NCBI GenBank assembly: GCA_963693365.1
Contig: CAVNZM010000011.1
Location: 4,472,639 to 4,536,638, forward strand
Length of the DNA stretch: 64,000 nucleotides
Direction: 5' to 3'
Origin: Amoebidium appalachense
Lineage: Eukaryota; Protista; Ichthyosporea
Under the pieces are notes generated by a model. The model saw only the letters and a program-made list of their open reading frames with translations. It did no database searches and was not told where the DNA came from. This document shows, one piece after another, positions 60,489-64,000 of the stretch. Numbering within the stretch: position 1 is the first letter of the stretch; each line of letters starts with the position of its first letter. A program made the translations under genes and the position numbers.

Positions 60489-62189
60489 ATGGACGTTGTT
60501 GTTAGATACCACCAGGCGCAAAATCCGCGCGCACGACCTCATAGCATGGGCACACACTCAACCATACAACCACACAGTGAATACGAGCAAGAGTTGCCAA
60601 CTGAGTTAGTGTGGAGGGGTGGCAGGCAGAGTCTTAAAGGAAACAGCAACCCAAAAGTGGAAATGACCAGCTACGCCTTTAACACCTCTTCCCGTCGGCA
60701 CCAGCGAACACTATCACAGCAATCATTCCGACACGCACACGAAAACTCTGTACAACTTACACGTGCAGAGAGCACAAGCAGTGGCGGTAGCGCCGATTCA
60801 CATGTGTCCCCGGGCCGTCCCTCGCGCGCACTATCTTTGGGCTCAGCAAGGAGTTTCGGAGACGTTAGCCACGGTTTCTCGTCCGAGAAACCCAGTATTG
60901 TTGACGCCCCACGCTGTTACAAACTACCCATGCTTAAACCTGTTCAGTCTTCGCAACAGCAGGGGTCTAACTCCGACCAGGTCAAATATACAACCACCGG
61001 GTACACCTATGTTCAGTTTTCCAAAAAAATCCCGGTACGTCTTCTTGTTGTTCGCGCCGACGGAACTGTGTCTGCCCAGTGGATCGATCCGATTACGTCT
61101 CAGCCGGCGATTAAAGGCATCCTACTAGCGATGGGGCTGGACAGATTTAGGCTGCAGAGTATGGAGAGGTTTCGCAAGTGTGAGATCGGCCTAATCGAGT
61201 TGAACGAGTTATGGGGAAGACACGTGGGGACGGATTTTTTGGACCCGCACACGCCACACATATCGCACATGCCTCCCTCGGAAATTTCCCCTTCAAATCA
61301 CAATGGTAAGCACGGTAAACGTCCATCTTCCCTCGTTATTCCTCGGAGCAAATCACTCAACACCCTCCGTAATTTCTTCCGCCGTCATAGTTCGAGCGTG
61401 AGCGAACGTGGGTCTGTAAGCACGTGCGAGTCCAGCGGTAGCGACGGGGGTTCTACTTGCGGGAGTGTGCACCTTACACGAAAGAGGATAGACGAAAGTA
61501 CGGAATCCTCGGATATATCTACTACCACCCTCGAATCTATGGAACTGCACTTTGGCCCCCACCCACTGCACGGGCACAAGGACACAGTTGCCGAATGTGA
61601 TATTGTCGAGGAAGATGTTCCCCCGGAGGAGGAAAAGAACGAAGGGAGCAGGAGACTATCGAGGGAAAAGCAGGACAACAGACCCCCACCTCTCGAGCTC
61701 ACCAATTCCAACTTTGGAAATTCGACCACAGACACCCAGAGCGCGCCCCTTCCCACGTTCTCTGTTGAGGGGCATTCCTCCTCGCACATTCCACACGAGT
61801 TCTCAGGAATGTCAGGAATTTCCCGATTTGGTCATCACGCTCAAAAAACAAACACCGTCCCGGAGTCCCTTCAGCCCAACATTTTGCAAAACCCCATTTC
61901 GCCTCTATTGGCCCCTGGGCAGGATCCCGCTATGCTCGATTTCTATTCGCGGAAGGCTTTGTGGGAAATGCAGGCGTCGCAGTCAAACCCAAACACCCCC
62001 CCTACCCCCATTCGACGTGGAATTCACCTTAATTCCTCTTCCGTTTCCGCGCCAAGCACACCACTTCGCCCGCGCGGTACCCCTCCTACTCCTGTAAGGA
62101 AGGTGGATATGAGCGGTGGGATGGGAAGGATGAATACGGCGGAGACCTCGGAGAGAAATGGAGAGGAGATGGGGGAGGAGAAGATTTGA
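60489..62189 (+). CDS. Hypothetical 566-aa Ser/Pro-rich protein, single exon
   Basis: 1701-nt uninterrupted, SSR-free ORF from ATG 60489 (ACCATCATGG context) to TGA. Mostly low-complexity, with one globular-looking block (YTYVQFSKKIPVRLLVVRADGTVSAQWIDP...LIELNELWG). No family recognised. Confidence 0.75.
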   Translation: MDVVVRYHQAQNPRARPHSMGTHSTIQPHSEYEQELPTELVWRGGRQSLKGNSNPKVEMTSYAFNTSSRRHQRTLSQQSFRHAHENSVQLTRAESTSSGGSADSHVSPGRPSRALSLGSARSFGDVSHGFSSEKPSIVDAPRCYKLPMLKPVQSSQQQGSNSDQVKYTTTGYTYVQFSKKIPVRLLVVRADGTVSAQWIDPITSQPAIKGILLAMGLDRFRLQSMERFRKCEIGLIELNELWGRHVGTDFLDPHTPHISHMPPSEISPSNHNGKHGKRPSSLVIPRSKSLNTLRNFFRRHSSSVSERGSVSTCESSGSDGGSTCGSVHLTRKRIDESTESSDISTTTLESMELHFGPHPLHGHKDTVAECDIVEEDVPPEEEKNEGSRRLSREKQDNRPPPLELTNSNFGNSTTDTQSAPLPTFSVEGHSSSHIPHEFSGMSGISRFGHHAQKTNTVPESLQPNILQNPISPLLAPGQDPAMLDFYSRKALWEMQASQSNPNTPPTPIRRGIHLNSSSVSAPSTPLRPRGTPPTPVRKVDMSGGMGRMNTAETSERNGEEMGEEKI

Positions 62190-63927
62190 TTGGATCGTTT
62201 TAGATTGGGGATAGATATGGCCTAGATTGCGATTGGATTTTTCTAGAACACGGGTTGGATTGTGATTCAGTTGTGCTGGTGTGATTTTTTGTTTGATGGG
62301 TTGTCTGGATGGGTGGTAGGCAAGTGTCTATACATAGTGTGGGCTGGCGGTGTGGGCGGAGGAGGTAGAGTGGTTGAAAGGCGTCATGTTTTCTGATTGG
62401 AGTGCCTTGGCTTGGAGAGGGTTTTTTCCCCCTACGTCTATTTTTTCGTTTTTAAAACATCTTAACGTGTATGTATGATATTATGCAATCCTGACGCCAG
62501 TGACGCCAGGTGTTTTTAAAAAATCGTAATTATGGTCGGGCGGATAATTAAAGAAATTCCTTTATCTCATTTCTCAAGCAGGTCATGTTTCTTGAAGGTT
62601 CTTATCCCACCTCCCTGTTTCTTTTCTGAAACCTGTTCCTATACGCATATCCCCTTCCGCAGGCTTAATGTACACTTCTGGAGCCTTTTTTTTGGCACTC
62701 ACTGGATCTCCCCCCCCTCCCACCCCCTCCCTCCCCCCTCCCCCCCCAAACCCCCCCCCCCCCCAAAAAAAGGGCCCCTTCCCCCCTCCCCCCTTCCCCC
62801 TCCTCCTCCCCCCCCCCCCCCCCTCCCCCCCTTCTCTTCCCCTCCCCCAGCCGGTTCCCCAAATGGCTAACCCTTAACCTGCAACCTGTCACCTCTCCTG
62901 CCACCCCCCCTTCCATCCACGCCTTAGTCCAAATTTGATTGGTTGGGGGCACGTACAATTTACATAAAGGGCACGAAATTGCAACTCATAATAAGCTAGC
63001 AGAACATCTCGGGCATAATTCACTGCAGCACAATTGTGTGGCTTGCCCCCCAGCCCCCCCCCCCCCCCCCCCCCCCTCCCCCCCCCCCCTCCCCCCCCCC
63101 CCCCCCCCCCCCCTCCCACACACACACACTCTCTCTCTCTCTTCCCAACCCATCTTCCCCCCTCCACCCCCCCCCCCCCTCCCCCTTCCCCCCCCCACCC
63201 CCCCCCCCCCCCCCCCCCCCCCCCTCCTCCCCCAACCACCACCACCACCACCATTACCCAATCCCTCTCCCGAAACACCAATTACCCTGTCAAAATCAAT
63301 TACTACCCCCCCCCCCCCCCCGACAATAATAATAATAATAATAATAAAACGACCACTACAACTTGGCAGTGGGCATCGGTTTACACCTTTGAAAATTGGC
63401 TCCTAGCGCTAAAGTGAGTTTTCGTATTTTGGTATATCTTTTTGGATATCCGGTAAAGGTATCTAAGCAACTATCTCGTTATGTCTATGGCGATGGTACT
63501 AGTTATATGATTATGATATCCATTCTTAACCCTGTTTGGTGCCCCAATCTAGATAAGATTCACATAGTATAAAAATGTTCAAAGTAGGGTTGTTTTACCA
63601 GCCAATCCCGTTTTTCTTATTAGCAGATCGTACAGTCGCACAACCATTCAAGCAGGCTGGATTTCCCCCCTTTGATCCTCTTAAGGAGTACCTCGTCCGT
63701 TTCATCCCCCTCCCCCCCCCCCCCCTTCCGTACCCATTTTCACCCCCTTACCCCCACCCCGTCGTGACGCGCATTCCCGCGCCTTCACACCCTACCTGAT
63801 GCTATGATCCCGCCCCCCCCCCCCCCCCTCCCCCCCCCCCCCCCCCCCCCCCCTCCCCCCGCGCGCACCCCACGACCACCACCATTACCACCGCCGCCAC
63901 CACCACCGCCGCCAACACACACACACA

Positions 63928-63930
<3 letters not shown>

Positions 63931-64000
<70 letters not shown>
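63931..64000. repeat. (GA)n microsatellite, representative of the very many SSRs and homopolymers in the window
   Basis: Pure (GA)n to the window end. Comparable long tracts include (CT)n 41190-41365, (GT)n 25501-25622, poly-G 13018-13080 and 58021-58085, and (TTTTTG)n 54068-54130. Confidence 0.95.

Noticed and set aside
62500-64000. Possible exons of a further gene at the window end
   Set aside because: Donor- and acceptor-like words exist, but no in-phase recognisable protein could be assembled.

Overview
Eukaryotic genomic DNA, intron-rich and saturated with simple repeats (poly-C/poly-G, (CA)n/(GT)n, (GA)n/(CT)n). The protein sequences look opisthokont/animal-like (a unicellular holozoan is a guess, not shown). 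Nearly all entries in the ORF track are microsatellite artefacts, so the real genes were spliced together by hand. Left to right: 3' part of a NAT9-like GNAT acetyltransferase (+); an orphan Cys/Trp-rich coding exon; the C-terminal half of an ARF-family GTPase with no visible N-terminal exons (+); a 25-exon mitochondrial Lon protease (-) head-to-head with a 10-exon NOA1/YqeH circularly permuted GTPase (+); a 10-exon CERS1-like ceramide synthase (+); an intronless bacterial-type cupin pseudogene (-); and an intronless 566-aa Ser-rich ORF (+). The most interesting signals lie in the introns. (1) A ~110-200-nt dispersed repeat family is sense to its host gene in every copy recognised and carries hammerhead-like CUGANGA/GAAAC words with a compensatory base pair. 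(2) Many 3' splice sites have (CA)n in place of a polypyrimidine tract, often with (GT)n/G-runs at the 5' end. (3) Local duplications of splice junctions differ mostly at synonymous sites; one creates tandem AG|GTGAG sites. There are also two GC-AG introns and a MITE-like foldback. Homopolymer lengths may be unreliable, and all alignments were made by eye.
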